Below, in pieces: positions 1 through 11,614 of a stretch of DNA of 64,000 nt. Each line of letters begins with the position of its first letter. The stretch's first letter is position 1. Source of the DNA: an uncultured Candidatus Binatia bacterium (GTDB taxonomy: Bacteria > Desulfobacterota > Binatia > Bin18). Below the pieces are notes generated by a model. It made no database searches and had not been told where the DNA came from. It worked only from the letters and a program-made list of their open reading frames with translations. The stretch lies in the NCBI GenBank assembly GCA_965214605.1, contig OZ243961.1:1-64000 (forward strand). The letters are read 5' to 3'. The translations under genes and the position numbers were made by a program.

Positions 1-239
1 TGGAGTTGGACGAAGATACCGTCAACCGGACCGGCTTGGCGCAGTTGGCGGACAAAACTGTCCTTGGCCCATTCGTGAGCATCCCGGGTGGCTTTGCCGC
101 CAACTCCTGGAAACATAAACTGCAGCGGCACCGCCTCCCACTGCCGCTCGCGAGCGCCTTCCAGAAAGCCGTAGATGGCACTGTCCCCGCTCCCCGCTTT
201 GAGCAAGGCGTTGCCGCTTACAACCGACTTTTGAAATAA
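1..239 (+). CDS. 3' end of a hypothetical protein cut by the window edge
   Basis: Open frame ending at TAA 237-239; no recognisable motif. Confidence 0.4.
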   Translation, partial: ELDEDTVNRTGLAQLADKTVLGPFVSIPGGFAANSWKHKLQRHRLPLPLASAFQKAVDGTVPAPRFEQGVAAYNRLLK

Positions 240-466
240 TTTCAGACCCATTCGCTGCTCGACAAAGGTATTGACCGCAACTAGGTAGCCGCCGACTGCA
301 ACACGCATGACCATATCCTCCCCTGTGTCGTGTGCCTCTCACGTGCTATACCACAGCCGAGCCCCGACGGGGAAGACAAGACGACAGCCCTGGAAAACCG
401 TGTTAATCTCGCGTACGCTGGGGAAGCAAATATCCCCAAGCGAAGGACTTTGAGGAGGAACGCAGC

Positions 467-1579
467 ATGGCAGACTATAATTTGATCTCGGCAGATTCGC
501 ATTTTGTCGAGCCGCCTACGATGTGGGCTGAGCGGATCGACCAGAAGTTTCGCGACCGTGCTCCAAAGACGGTCGTCGGGCTCAACGGCCGCCAAGGAGA
601 GTGGTTCGTGTGTGAGAATATCACCCCCATGTCGGTGGCCGGCTTCTTCGGAGCAGGAGTGCCCTCTGGCGAACTCAAGGAACATAACAAGAAGGGGTTC
701 GATCAAGCCCCCAAGAGCGTCTGGGACCCGGCCTACCGGATCGCCGATCAAGATCGTGATGGGGTGGACGCCGAGGTGATCTATACCTCGATGGGCATGC
801 CGCTGTTTGGGCTGGACGACGCCGAGCTGCGTTTTTCGTGCTTCAGGGCGTTTAATGACTGGGCCACGGAGTATTGCAGCTATGATCTGAAGCGGTTGAT
901 TCCGCTGGGACTGATCACTCTTGAGGATATTCCCTCGGCCGTAGCCGAGCTCCAGCGGATCGCCAAGCTAGGCATGCGGGGCGCGATGATTTGGGCTGAG
1001 CCGCCCGATGATCGTCCCTACAGCCATCCCGATTATGAGCCGTTCTGGGCCGCCGCCCAGGACCTGAACATGCCGTTGTCGCTGCATATTCTGACTGCTC
1101 GGAGTGGGACTGGAACAAACCCGGCGGGCGGGAACGCCTTTTTGCTGTCGCTCGCCAATTTACACCATCAGATTGAGCGCTCTATTTCTGTGCTGGTGTA
1201 CGGCGGGGTGTTGGAGAAATTCCCCAAGCTGAAGATTGTCTCGGCTGAAAATGATGTCGGCTGGATGCCGTATTTCATGTATCGGCTTGATACGGTCCAG
1301 CATCGCCTGGGTTCGCTGGGTGATATGAAGCTATCCATGCGGGCCAGCGATTATATCAAACGCCAGGTCTACGCCACCTTTATTGCCGATCCGGTGTTTG
1401 TCGATTCGCTGCATCGTTATGGGCCGGACAACACTATGTGGTCGTCGGACTACCCCCATACCGCCGCCACCTTTCCCCGTTCGCACGAGATTGTGGCCAA
1501 GCGGCTGGGTAAATTGCCCGAAGACGACCTGCGTAAGATTGTGCGGGACACAGCTACCCGCGTCTACGGTTTAAACTAA
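467..1579 (+). CDS. amidohydrolase family protein (Amidohydro_2)
   Basis: ISADSH metal motif, WSSDYPH C-terminal motif, GAGGAGG RBS. Confidence 0.9.
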   Translation: MADYNLISADSHFVEPPTMWAERIDQKFRDRAPKTVVGLNGRQGEWFVCENITPMSVAGFFGAGVPSGELKEHNKKGFDQAPKSVWDPAYRIADQDRDGVDAEVIYTSMGMPLFGLDDAELRFSCFRAFNDWATEYCSYDLKRLIPLGLITLEDIPSAVAELQRIAKLGMRGAMIWAEPPDDRPYSHPDYEPFWAAAQDLNMPLSLHILTARSGTGTNPAGGNAFLLSLANLHHQIERSISVLVYGGVLEKFPKLKIVSAENDVGWMPYFMYRLDTVQHRLGSLGDMKLSMRASDYIKRQVYATFIADPVFVDSLHRYGPDNTMWSSDYPHTAATFPRSHEIVAKRLGKLPEDDLRKIVRDTATRVYGLN

Positions 1580-1959
1580 GGCCTGGCGTCCGCGGTTTGT
1601 CGGTCCTGGAAAAAGATGTCCGGCCCGGACTCGTGACGGGCTGGATTATTGACTAGGGGTCAGGTGTAAAGGGATCTTGCGGAGGTGAGAGGGCTGTGGC
1701 GGATCAGAGCTGTTCTTCAGCTTTCCGTCATGCATTCTTCATAAGGCTGGTAAAATACGTTTTCCCGACACGTCCGAGCCCTGCGTTGCGGTCGGGTCCC
1801 GGGAGATGCCAACCGAACAGGGTTGTGGCTTGGCCGCTGATCACCTCCTCGGACGTTCCGGCGAACGCTACTCATTGTAGTCGGTCATCAGAGTTATAAC
1901 TCCCGGCCCGGGCGCAATCCTACACATCGTCGCTTGCCGCTGCGCCCGGCGGCATCTCT

Positions 1960-2226
1960 AGGGGCCTGATCGATGCCGATCTCGGCGGCGTTATCAAGCA
2001 GCGCATCGCCCGGAAGGGACGCGGCAGATCCGGCGGGCTCCGCGCGATCGTGCTGTTTTGGCGGGATGAACCGGCGTTTTTCGTCTACGGGTTTGCCAAA
2101 AGCGATCGGGACAACCTGCGCCGGGACGAGCTTGTGGCCTTCCGAATCCTTCCCAAGCCGGACGAAACGGGCCTTGAGGCCGCTTCGGCGAATGGAGCGA
2201 TTATCAAGGTGACATGCGATGAGTAG
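1960..2226 (+). pseudogene. RelE-like toxin, N-terminus missing
   Basis: Hand translation: GLIDADLGGVIKQRIARKGRGRSGGLRAIVLF...FFVYGFAKSDRDNL; no start codon. Confidence 0.75.
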
Positions 2227-2521
2227 GCGGTACAAAAGCGACGCCGTGGCGGCCGTGCATGAAAGGCGCTCGGTTTGACCGAGGCGGGGAGCATGGAGAA
2301 ACGGACCATGAGAGCGTTCGATGAGATGTGTCTGACGCCGGTCCAGGAGATGACGCCGGAGGACATTCGCGAGCAGGCGAGCCAAGCGGTAGTTCGCCCG
2401 CTACCTCAACGTGACCACGAGCCTGGTGAGCCGGTGGGAGCGCGGAGAGAAGCGGCCGTGGGGCGCGTCGTTGAAGCTGTTGACGCTGGTCGCGAAGAAC
2501 GGCCTGGGTGCGGCTGCGTGA
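2219..2521 (+). pseudogene. XRE/HigA-like HTH antitoxin, frameshifted
   Basis: MSRRYKSDA...TMRAFDEMCL...FARYLNVTTSLVSRWERGEKRP...LKLLTLV spread over several frames; overlaps toxin stop. Confidence 0.75.
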
Positions 2522-2597
2522 TGGTTTCCACCATTGTCGTCCCGCGCCGCACTCCGGGCGGCGCTCCCGGATTCGGGTCGCCTCGGAGGTCGATGTC

Positions 2598-5558
2598 ATG
2601 ACAGGCGCACAGATGATTTTGGATCTCAGGGGATGGCCCAGGGTAGGCGATACTCTCCACCGTATCCGCACCGAGAGCCGGGACGAATCCGAAAAAGGTC
2701 GATGGTTCGAGCAGTTGTTTGCGCGCATTGCGAGACAGGAACCCGAGTTCGAGATTGACGACCTCTGGCGCTGGCCCGACTGGCCGGAGCGTGACAGGTT
2801 GACGGGACTCGACGGCCGGGACATCGGCATCGATCTCGTCGCGCGGCGCACCTCTCGAATGTCCGGTTACCACCGATCCGACCGAGATCGCTCGGTCACT
2901 CACCAGCGAAGGGGTAACGTGCGTTGTGTTCTGCACCTACCAGTCACTGAGGAGAGTCACTGAGGCACAGGCGCACCACGTCGCCCCGGAATTCGACCTG
3001 GCCATCGCCGACGAAGCCCACCGCACGACAGGTGCGTTCGTTGTCGGACGCAGGTCGGAGGTCGATTTCCAGGAGTTCCATGACGAGGAACGGCTGCATG
3101 CCCGGAAACGGCTCTACATGACCGCCACCCCACGCCTGTATACCCAGCGGTCCAGGAGCAGGCTCGCGGCCCGGGGAGTCGAGGTTGTCGACATGGGGGA
3201 TTTCCACGTCTATGGCCCGGAATTGCACCGGCTTCCGTTCAAGAAAGCCGTCGAGAACGGCATGCTCTCCGATTACCGCGTCATCGTGCTCGGGGTCAGT
3301 CAGACGAGCGTCACGCCGGGCCTCCGACGCCGGCCTGAAGATCTCAGCAGCGAAACCGATGGGAAGAACGCCCCGACCACCAACGACATGACCCGCGTGC
3401 TCGGGGTGTCGCTCGCGGTGAATGGCGTCACTGAGGGCAACGATCTTGAGCAGCCGGGCAAGCTCCCGCGCACCATGGCGTTTGCGAACAGCATTCTGCG
3501 CTCGAAGTGGTATGCCAGTGCCCTTGTGGAGAGCGAGGTGCTGCGAGCCACCACTAGGCGGATGCAGACTGGCCGCGCAATGAAGATCGTCACCCGGCAT
3601 CTCGATGCGTCCGCCAGCGCCCTTGAGCGCAACCGGGAGCTCCGCGCCCTTGCCAACGCCGACCGGGAAGGCGAGTGCAGGGTGCTTTGCAACGTCAAGC
3701 TCTTCACCGAAGGCGTGGACGTCCCGCAGCTTGACGCCGTGGCGTTCCTTGATCCCCGCGACAGTCAGGTCGACGTCCTCCAGGCCATCGGGCGCGTTAT
3801 GCGCAAGGCACCAGGCAAGCACTTTGGGTACATCATCATCCCGGTCATCGTCGAGCCGGGCTGCGATGTCTCGGCCGCGCTTGAGCAGGGGACCGAAGGC
3901 TACAGCACGGTCGGCCGGGTTCTGAGAGCGCTCCAGGCCCATGACGGCCGCCTTGCCGAATCGCCGGCTACGTTCGTCAAGGTCTATGAACAGACGACTT
4001 CACGAGCACCGGGGGGAGAGACGGCGCGCTACGGGAAACGGAAGGCGGGCATATCCAGCGCGAGCTCGAGTTGAAGGAGGCAGAGCAGGGAATCTATGCG
4101 CACGTCGCCGCCGCCTCGGGCCTTGGCAAGCCCGGGCAGATCGTTGCCGATGAGATCGTCGATGCGGTCAGGCGCGCAAGCGCCGTCCTGCAGCAAGAAG
4201 AGCTCGAGGACGATCTCGCCACGGCTCTTGAACTCACACCGGAGGTCGACGGCGGCGCCAAGGGCATCTGCACGGTCGCGGCGCTCATGCTCTGCAATGC
4301 CTGCCTCCTGCAGCGTCGCCTGCGCGATGAGCCGGAGCTCAAGACCATCATGCGGCTCGACAAGGTTGCTGGCGCAAGCAACCCGAGAGAGATTCTCGAG
4401 AGCGCGTGGGAGTCGATTCTCGAAAAGGACTACGCGCCGGTGTTTAGGCCCGCTCTCGCTGTCATCAGTGCGCTACGCGAGAGCAAGGCAATCAACAGCG
4501 CCATCCAGGCCGTGGCCGAGTACGCGAACCGCGTGGCCGACTCGCTGAGCGAACTCGGCCACGACCACGCCGGACCTCTCTACCATCGCATTCTCGGCTC
4601 GGCAAAGAGCGATGGCGCGTTCTACACGAACAACCTCTCGGCCATCATGCTGGCCCGTCTCGCGCTCACCGACCATTTCATCGACTGGTCAGACCTCGAA
4701 GCGGTGGCGAAGCTGCGCATCATCGATCCCGCTTGCGGAACCGGCACGCTGCTCATGGCGACCCTCCAGACCATCAAGGCGCGGGTAGCCAGCTGCAGGG
4801 AGATGAGCAACGAGGAGCACAACAGCCTGCACAAGCGCGTCGTCGAAGACGTGCTTTGCGGCCTCGACATCAACCAGCATGGCATCCAGCTTGCCGCCTG
4901 CAACATGACGCTTGGCGCCCCTACCGTCGATTATGAGCGCATGAATCTTGTTACCATGCCGCACGGACCGCAAATCGACGGACCGATCAAGGCTGGTTCT
5001 CTCGAAATCCTGACAGCAGCGGACAATGACCGACCGGACCTGCGCGCCATGATTGCGCCGCGGCGATCACTGCAAGACCTGGATGGTGCTCAGGTGAACG
5101 AAAGCAGCGAAATCCGGTTCCCTCTACACGATCTCGACGTCGTCATCATGAACCCACCGTTCACCGCCAACGAAAATCGGAGCAAGAAGTACGGCGACGA
5201 CGGCAGAAAGGCGATGCAACGCCACGAGTTGGACATCCAACGGCACGTGGAACACAAGGACAGTACGATTACAGGAGTCATCACAGCCAACAGCATCCGC
5301 ACGTTTTTCACCCCCCTCGCCGACATACTGTTGAGCAAGACGGGCGGGACTCTGGCCAAGGTGATTCCGACCACGGCGTGCACTGGCACTAGTGGAGTCG
5401 AAGAACGGAAGTTCCTCGGCCAGAGGTTTTACGTAGAAACAGTCGTGACCAGCCACGATCCCAGACGACCCAATTTCAGCGAGAGCACCAGCATCCACGA
5501 ATCACTGCTCATCTGTAGGCGCAGGGACAAGGACAACGCAGGCCGGCCGACACGTTAG
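2598..5558 (+). pseudogene. Type ISP-like nuclease-helicase-methyltransferase RM protein; internal deletion, frameshift near 4070, C-terminally truncated
   Basis: EKGRWFE...DIGIDLVA nuclease N-terminus; DEAH, TATP, EGVDVP, QAIGRVMR helicase motifs (2926-4074); DPACGTG and NPPF MTase motifs (4071-5558). Confidence 0.8.
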
Positions 5559-6010
5559 CCCGGGCGCAACGCCCCGGCCTTGATTCGTGCGTCGCAGCGC
5601 TGGAGCCGGGGGATACGCTAGTCGTCTGGCGACTAGATCGGCTTGGGCGTTTGATACCGCATCTAGTGGGCTTAGTATAAGAATCACTGGGCAAAGGGAG
5701 AGGATTCCGCTCGCTGCAGGATGGCGCCATTGATACCACTACGGCTTCAGACGAGTTGATGTTCAGCATCTTCTCGAGCCTGGCACGGTTTGAGCGACGA
5801 CTCATTCAGGAGAGAACGCAGGCGGGATTGGCTGCAGCCTGGGCGCGGGGTTGTCTCGGCGGCCGTAGGCCGATCAGGGCCGACGACCCGCGGGTTGTCA
5901 GCGCGAAGCGCCTGCACCCAGGACCGCAGCCCGGGCGTTGATCAGATCTGTTGGGATGTTGGGGATTTCCAGGCCAACCTTCTGCCGCTATTGGGCTCTA
6001 TCCGACGTTA
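5558..6010 (+). pseudogene. serine resolvase/invertase fragment
   Basis: RPGL...GDTLVVWRLDRLGR...IDTTTAS.ELMFSIFSSLARFERRLIQERTQAGL; N-terminus lost, internal stop and frameshifts. Confidence 0.85.
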
Positions 6011-6191
6011 GCACCGAAGGAGGCACCAGGAGCCCTTAGTAGATTCTCCTAGCATATGCACCCTGGACACATTCTGTGCAATTGGGCGAAGTGGAGCGGG
6101 GCAAGTTACAAGACCTGTGACTTCGTATACGGGCGACAGCGGGTATGTTACCTCTTGATCAAATCAGACTCTTAATCACTGGGGAGACCAC

Positions 6192-7073
6192 ATGGGATTA
6201 GCAGAGTGGTTTAGTAGCTTCTGTTCCAACATCCAGGTCCAAGATGGCGGGACCATAGCCAATCGTTACAAAACAATTACACGTCGGCTCAACAAGGATT
6301 TCTGGAATACTGAGTCAGAGACATCCCATAGCTTTTACGTAGGGTCTTATGGGCGTACTACAGCTATTCAGGGTTTCAGTGACTTGGACATGGTGTTTGA
6401 GTTGCCCTCTGATCTTTATGATCAGTACGACAGACATATGGGGAATGGACAATCAGCATTACTTCAGGCTGTACGGAACTCAATAAGGAAAAGATATCCG
6501 ACTTCAAGGATCGGTGGCGATGGCCAAGTTGTGGTTATCCGCTTAGGTGACGGGATTACCTTCGAAGTCGTCCCCGTTTTTGTCAACACGGATGGAAGGT
6601 ATATATATCCCGATTCTAATGCCGGTGGTTCTTGGAAGATCACCAATCCAAGACCTGAGATTGCGGCCATTCGGGAAAGAAACATCTTATGCAACTATAA
6701 CCTTGTACCTCTTTGCCGAATGATGCGTGCATGGAAGACAGAGTGGGATGTTCCAATTGGCGGACTCCTGATTGATACACTGGCTTATCAGTTCATCGGC
6801 AGATGGAAGAAAAGGGATAAGTCTTATTTATATTACGGTTGGATGTGTCGAGACTTCTTCCGGTTTATGAAAGACCAAGACAAAGAGCAGTCACATTGGA
6901 GGGCCCCCGGAAGCGGTCAACGTGTCTACAGGAAGGGCTTATTTCAATGGGAAGCGATGAGGTGCTACAATATCTCTCTCAAAGCCATAGCGCATGAATC
7001 CGCCCGCCCTAAGCGGGAGTGGTTAGCCAAGCGAGAATGGAGGAATATCTTTGGAACCTCATTCCCAGACTAG
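6192..7073 (+). CDS. SMODS/CD-NTase-family nucleotidyltransferase
   Basis: VGSYGR-TAI-x3-SDLD motif, FEVVP third acid, YPD...W..TNP; intact; visibly lower GC than flanks. Confidence 0.88.
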   Translation: MGLAEWFSSFCSNIQVQDGGTIANRYKTITRRLNKDFWNTESETSHSFYVGSYGRTTAIQGFSDLDMVFELPSDLYDQYDRHMGNGQSALLQAVRNSIRKRYPTSRIGGDGQVVVIRLGDGITFEVVPVFVNTDGRYIYPDSNAGGSWKITNPRPEIAAIRERNILCNYNLVPLCRMMRAWKTEWDVPIGGLLIDTLAYQFIGRWKKRDKSYLYYGWMCRDFFRFMKDQDKEQSHWRAPGSGQRVYRKGLFQWEAMRCYNISLKAIAHESARPKREWLAKREWRNIFGTSFPD

Positions 7074-7632
7074 CGAGACCCTCGATTCCCGGGCAATTCT
7101 CGAAGGTCAATTGCGCGAATGCTATGGGCGGGTTGTATACTCCCACAAGGCGCATGAGAAGAATGCAGATATCCTCTTAACTCGACTGTCTCGGATCAAG
7201 TTGTGGCAGATTATTCTCTCAGCGGCTACAACCTGCGGCTTAATAGCTACCGTGTTCGGGGCTGGGCAAATTGGAGCATTGGTCGGAGTTCTTGTCTCGA
7301 CATCACTGCTCGCGTTGAACGCCTACACGAAAAATCACGATTTAGGCGAGCTCGCTCAAAAGCACAGACAGATTGGTGCGAATCTCTGGGTAATCCGAGA
7401 GAAGTACCTTTCGCTCCTCACGGACCTGCGAATGGGAGAGGAATCAATCGAAAGGCTGCGAGTAGAGCGTGACAATCTCCTCGAAGAACTGCATACGGTC
7501 TATTCAGGAGCCCCCAGCACGACCTCTCAGGTATATAAGACGGCCCAAGAGGCTCTCAAACGACTGGAAGACATGACATTCTCCGATGAGGAAATTGATG
7601 CTTTTCTACCGAAGGAACTCAAAAGGGTTTGA
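7051..7632 (+). CDS. SLATT two-transmembrane effector (SLATT_4-like)
   Basis: LEGQLRECYGRVVYSHKAHEK N-terminus, two hydrophobic segments, TFSDEEIDAFLP tail; overlaps the SMODS stop. Confidence 0.85.
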   Translation: MEPHSQTSETLDSRAILEGQLRECYGRVVYSHKAHEKNADILLTRLSRIKLWQIILSAATTCGLIATVFGAGQIGALVGVLVSTSLLALNAYTKNHDLGELAQKHRQIGANLWVIREKYLSLLTDLRMGEESIERLRVERDNLLEELHTVYSGAPSTTSQVYKTAQEALKRLEDMTFSDEEIDAFLPKELKRV

Positions 7633-7649
7633 GTGGGCTCGGTCTCACA

Positions 7650-7677
7650 ACTTCGCATAAGCGGTATTTTGTAACCT
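7650..7677 (+). other. Xer dif-like recombination site
   Basis: ACTTCGCATAA-GCGGTA-TTTTGTAACCT, 11-6-11 layout resembling XerC and XerD arms. Confidence 0.55.
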
Positions 7678-7742
7678 TCCGGAGGTGCGTCGGTGACGCT
7701 GGCCGGATTTGGCACTCAGTGACACCTATGTTGTTACTGGGC

Positions 7743-10600
7743 CTAATGCCGGGCATGAAGCGTAGGTTCAAGCACAAGTTTTCTGGTGAGTTCCTCGACG
7801 CCTGCTGACTCAACACACAACGCTTCTCGGAACAGCCGTGCGTTCAATTCAGAGTGGACGGTATCACTCTCAATACCGCCAAATCCCTCCAATCGTTTTC
7901 CCTTCAGGCCCTCGTAAAGGGAAGCCGCAGCCGTAAGTTGCTCACCCGACAACTGGTCTACATCTGGCACGGGCAACGTGCGGGCAAGTTCATGAGGTAG
8001 GGCCGACCGGCCAAGATAAGGCCGGTTGCCATGGACAATACGCAGCAACACGCCCGGCGTGGAGTTCAACCACGAACACAATGCCTCCTCTTTTCCGGCG
8101 CAGGCTCACGCGGCGAGACCGTAATCCACGAGCGAACACCAAGCATCGACATCTCCGTCAGAACCGCCCCCACCCGTTGCGGCGCCATGCCCAGATCGGA
8201 TACTAACTGCAATCGACCTTGTCGTTCGGGCATCCGGTCCTGCGCTAACCGATCCTTGTCGGCGCGGCGCTCAAGTCGCGTAGTCGCCTTGGCCACGAGG
8301 GTACTGGCCTCCGTGGACTTGTGATGCCAGAGAGCGGGGATGCCAGGCCGCAATGAATCGTCCGTCTCAACAATTCTGAACAACCCCTGCGCGGGATTTC
8401 TTCCACATATGGTAAGGGTCCAAATCTGCAATGCTTTCCAGCTCCACGATAGGAATGCCAGTCAACAAACCGTTACTGCCGGAGCGCATGCCCTCGGCCA
8501 CCAAGACCAATTCAGACGGGGCGAGTGCTGCATACGACCACGCACTGTCTGACAAATCCCTCTGCGGCACTGCCACCATGCTGCCCCAATTCATCTCTCT
8601 AACATCTATTGTCCTTGACTCCAGAGGAACGATGTTCTTGTCCATCGCAAGCAGCTTACGTATCAGGGTCATGGCCTGTACCGGCTCATCTGGATTGCGC
8701 ACCAGGTTCACGAACCGCGCGTGATTGCGGTTCAAGTTCGCCCCGCCCTTCGTCGCAACAATCAACACCTCCGTAATCCGTGTTGCCTCCGAGAAAGATA
8801 CGAGCCAGCGGCCCGGTAACCCCTTCACGGCGCTTCGATTCCGGATGGCGTGGCTCACGATGACCCATTCAATCCGATATTTGCTCAACAGCAACTGCCG
8901 TATGCCGCTCCGCCGGCTTCCGGTCGGCATCATCGCCGGCAGCACAAACGCCATACGGTCGCCCGGAGCCAAGCTTTCGTCGGCAAGCACCACAAAGGCC
9001 GAACCAAGCCCCGGATAAAGGCTCGCGGGCGTTCCCTGAAGCGTCTTCTGCAGAGCACCGTTCATCCGCTTGGCATCATTGGCATCGAATAAAGGAGCCG
9101 AAGATCGGGTTCCAAAGCGTGTTCTCCTCATCGTCCAGACCACCCGCCCGCGTAAAGGGCGGATTGGCAATCACCAAATAGCACTCCTGGAGCATTGCCA
9201 CGTCGTCTTCCAATTCGCCGTCACCCGCACCGAAACCTCTTCGTCAAACAACGGCAGGCGGCCGCATTACCACGACTAGGTGAACCGGAAAGAAAGTCCA
9301 GGCTGTCAAGACGGGAAATCCCGTCCGCCACGTCATGCCGAACTCTCCACAGGTTCATGTCTCGAATGACCTGCCGCGCTTCTGCCATGCAGAGCGTCGA
9401 GGCCGCCAGATGAATTGCCGCCGGCACTACGTCGAAGCCGTACACAGCTCACTCCAAAATGGAACGGACAACTTCCCGTTCTCCCCCATCACCTGATCCA
9501 GCCTGACGCCCACGCTTGAGGATTTCTTGCGCCGCTGCCATCAGCAGTATGCCGCTGCCGCACGCCGGGTCCACAATCCAAAGGATCGGCGACTGATCGA
9601 GGGTCCGCAAAGTCGCTCCCGGACCAGCACTCACTACGCTCGTCGAAGGCCAGCCCTGCAAGCATGATGGCCGGCGATATGGTCGTGTAGTTCGTCGCCA
9701 GAAACCTCCGGGTGTCCAGCAGTCGGTGAAAAATCCGGCTGGCTACGTCATGGCGCCGTATTGTACCGGTCTCAGCGATCTCTGCTGCTGCTCGCTTCAA
9801 GACACTCACGCCTCCTGGCTGGCCGGTCCGGGCGTTGTCTTCAACGTCTCCTTGGCTATGTAAAAAAGATCGGCCACCAGTTGATCTCCAGTATCTTGAT
9901 CCACTGCCGCACCAAATGGCCTGGGCCACGCTCCGGATCCGGGCGCAGAATGCGCTTGCCTTGATGTTCGGGCGGGAGCAAAAACGTATCCAGATGCCGC
10001 GCCGGGAGTTCCTGGAACAACATGGCGTTGAGCCAAATGAGCACTTTGGTCGACGGGCCATCTTTTCGCCACCGCCATGCGACTCCAGTCTCGCCAAAAT
10101 GTCGCCCGCAGCCTCAATCGCTGAAGCAGCACGCTCTACGGTCTCCTCAATGCCGATGCCGTTGTCGCTCTGTACCCAGTAATCGCGCAAAACCTCCGTA
10201 AGTGTTCCAACACTTCCGGTTGTCTCTTCACCCCACGCCTCTCCGAAATACCGAGTAATCCATGATCAGGTCGTCGCATGCGCCCAGATTCTCATCCGTC
10301 TCACTCTCCGGCAGGTCTGCGAGTCGTGAGGGGTAGCCAATCGCAACCACCAGTCGCACTGGCAGACCACCACCAACTGCGGGCGCTCCCGCCGGAAGGC
10401 GCTTGTCGGCATCCGCCTTTGCCGGAGCACCAAACTTAGCCTCGATGACCACGGCGTAATCATCAAAGTCGAGAAGAATATCCGCCTGGCCGCGCGCTCC
10501 GCCGAACACACGGTGCTGCTCCCCCTCGGCGTCTAGGCCTTCGTGTCGCAGCAAGCGTGCCGGCGACAGGTTGTACGCGACTTCCGTTGCGTTGCTGACT
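7743..10600 (-). pseudogene. large Type IIG-like restriction-modification protein, multiply frameshifted
   Basis: ADILL...IEAKF nuclease motif, IFHRLL...NYTT, IVDPACGSG, YGFDV, NPPF, SFSE in colinear fragments. Confidence 0.75.
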
Positions 10601-10646
10601 CCGCATCCTCTGACAGCGTCGACAATCTCCTGCTCCCCGATCGCCG

Positions 10647-10934
10647 CTACATGGTAATACGCAACTGCATACCCAGCGCCCGTGTGATCCGCATCACCGT
10701 GGCGAAACTGGGATTACCCTTCTCGGACAGCGCCTTGTAGAGCCCTTCGCGGCTCATGCCTACCTCGCGGGCCAACAGGCTCATATTCCGAGCCCGTGCG
10801 ATGTCGTTCAGGGCGGCGCGGATCAGACTACCGTCCCCTGGGTCTTCCTCTGCGCACGCTGCGAGGTAAAGGCACCCGTCTTCCCTAGTGCTCAGATGCT
10901 CCGCGGCGCCCCACTTCGTGAATGTCTCAGGCAT
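10647..10934 (-). CDS. addiction-module antidote protein (HI1420-like HTH)
   Basis: AALNDIARARNMSLLAREVGMSREGLYKALSEKGNPSFATV. Confidence 0.88.
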   Translation of the reverse strand: MPETFTKWGAAEHLSTREDGCLYLAACAEEDPGDGSLIRAALNDIARARNMSLLAREVGMSREGLYKALSEKGNPSFATVMRITRALGMQLRITM

Positions 10935-11254
10935 GTCTCCCTCCAGTCCTTCGCCACACGCCCGGCGCGTTCGATGTCCCGTTGCCGGCTGTCCTTGTCG
11001 TCCCTACAGAGCAAGACAACCGTGTCACCGTCCCTCAAAAAGTAAAGGCGATGCCCTGGCCCGTGGTGGACACGCATCTCGGAGATCCCGGCGGCTATTG
11101 CTCTTACGTCGCCGAAGTTGTCGAGCGATGCGTTCCGCAGGCGGGCATTGATGCGGGCCACCGCGGCGCGGTCGCGCAAGTCGCGAATCCACCGCTTGAA
11201 GGCGCCACTCTCGATCACCTTGATCGTGCGTTGTCTGTAAACCGTAGTTGACAT
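10892..11254 (-). CDS. addiction-module killer toxin (HI1419/RelE-like), possibly decaying
   Basis: FKRWIRDLRD...GISEMRVHHGPGHRLYF; usual GGDK motif reads RDDK; start uncertain. Confidence 0.75.
   Translation of the reverse strand: MSTTVYRQRTIKVIESGAFKRWIRDLRDRAAVARINARLRNASLDNFGDVRAIAAGISEMRVHHGPGHRLYFLRDGDTVVLLCRDDKDSRQRDIERAGRVAKDWRETCLRHSRSGAPRSI
11236..11253. promoter_or_regulatory. imperfect palindrome, putative TA operator
   Basis: TGTAAAC-CGTA-GTTGACA at the 5' end of the toxin gene. Confidence 0.5.
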
Positions 11255-11614
11255 TTCGTCAAGTGTCTTCTTTTCCGGAAGGCGGCGGAGAGTGCGGCAC
11301 GCACAACGGTCCATCCCTTCCCCTACCTTGGTTTTGCCCATCCCTCCCCTGCACTTGACGTGCCTGCCGCGATGCTCCGGCGTCCCACATCAGGAGGATC
11401 CTATGAAACCGCTCGCCCTCCGGCTACTCGCCACCGCGGGCGTTGCCAGCCGCCATGCAGGCGCACACGTTCGCTGCAGACCCTAAAGCTGTCTTCGAGA
11501 CACCAGACCGCGGAGGCGCCGAAAGCGGGATGCGCCCCGCACCCAAGCAAGGACTTATCCAAGTCATCGACACGTTCATGAAAGCCGCTGATCACCACCC
11601 CGGCCCCCTCATAA

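Noticed and set aside
1678-1700. TTGCGGAGGTGAGAGGG resembling a reverse tRNA 3' end at the island edge
   Set aside because: No TTCGAA T-loop and no cloverleaf
1906-5569. GCCCGGGCGCAA direct repeat at 1906-1917 and 5558-5569
   Set aside because: GC-rich 12-mer; the second copy is ordinary resolvase coding sequence (ARAQ), so probably chance
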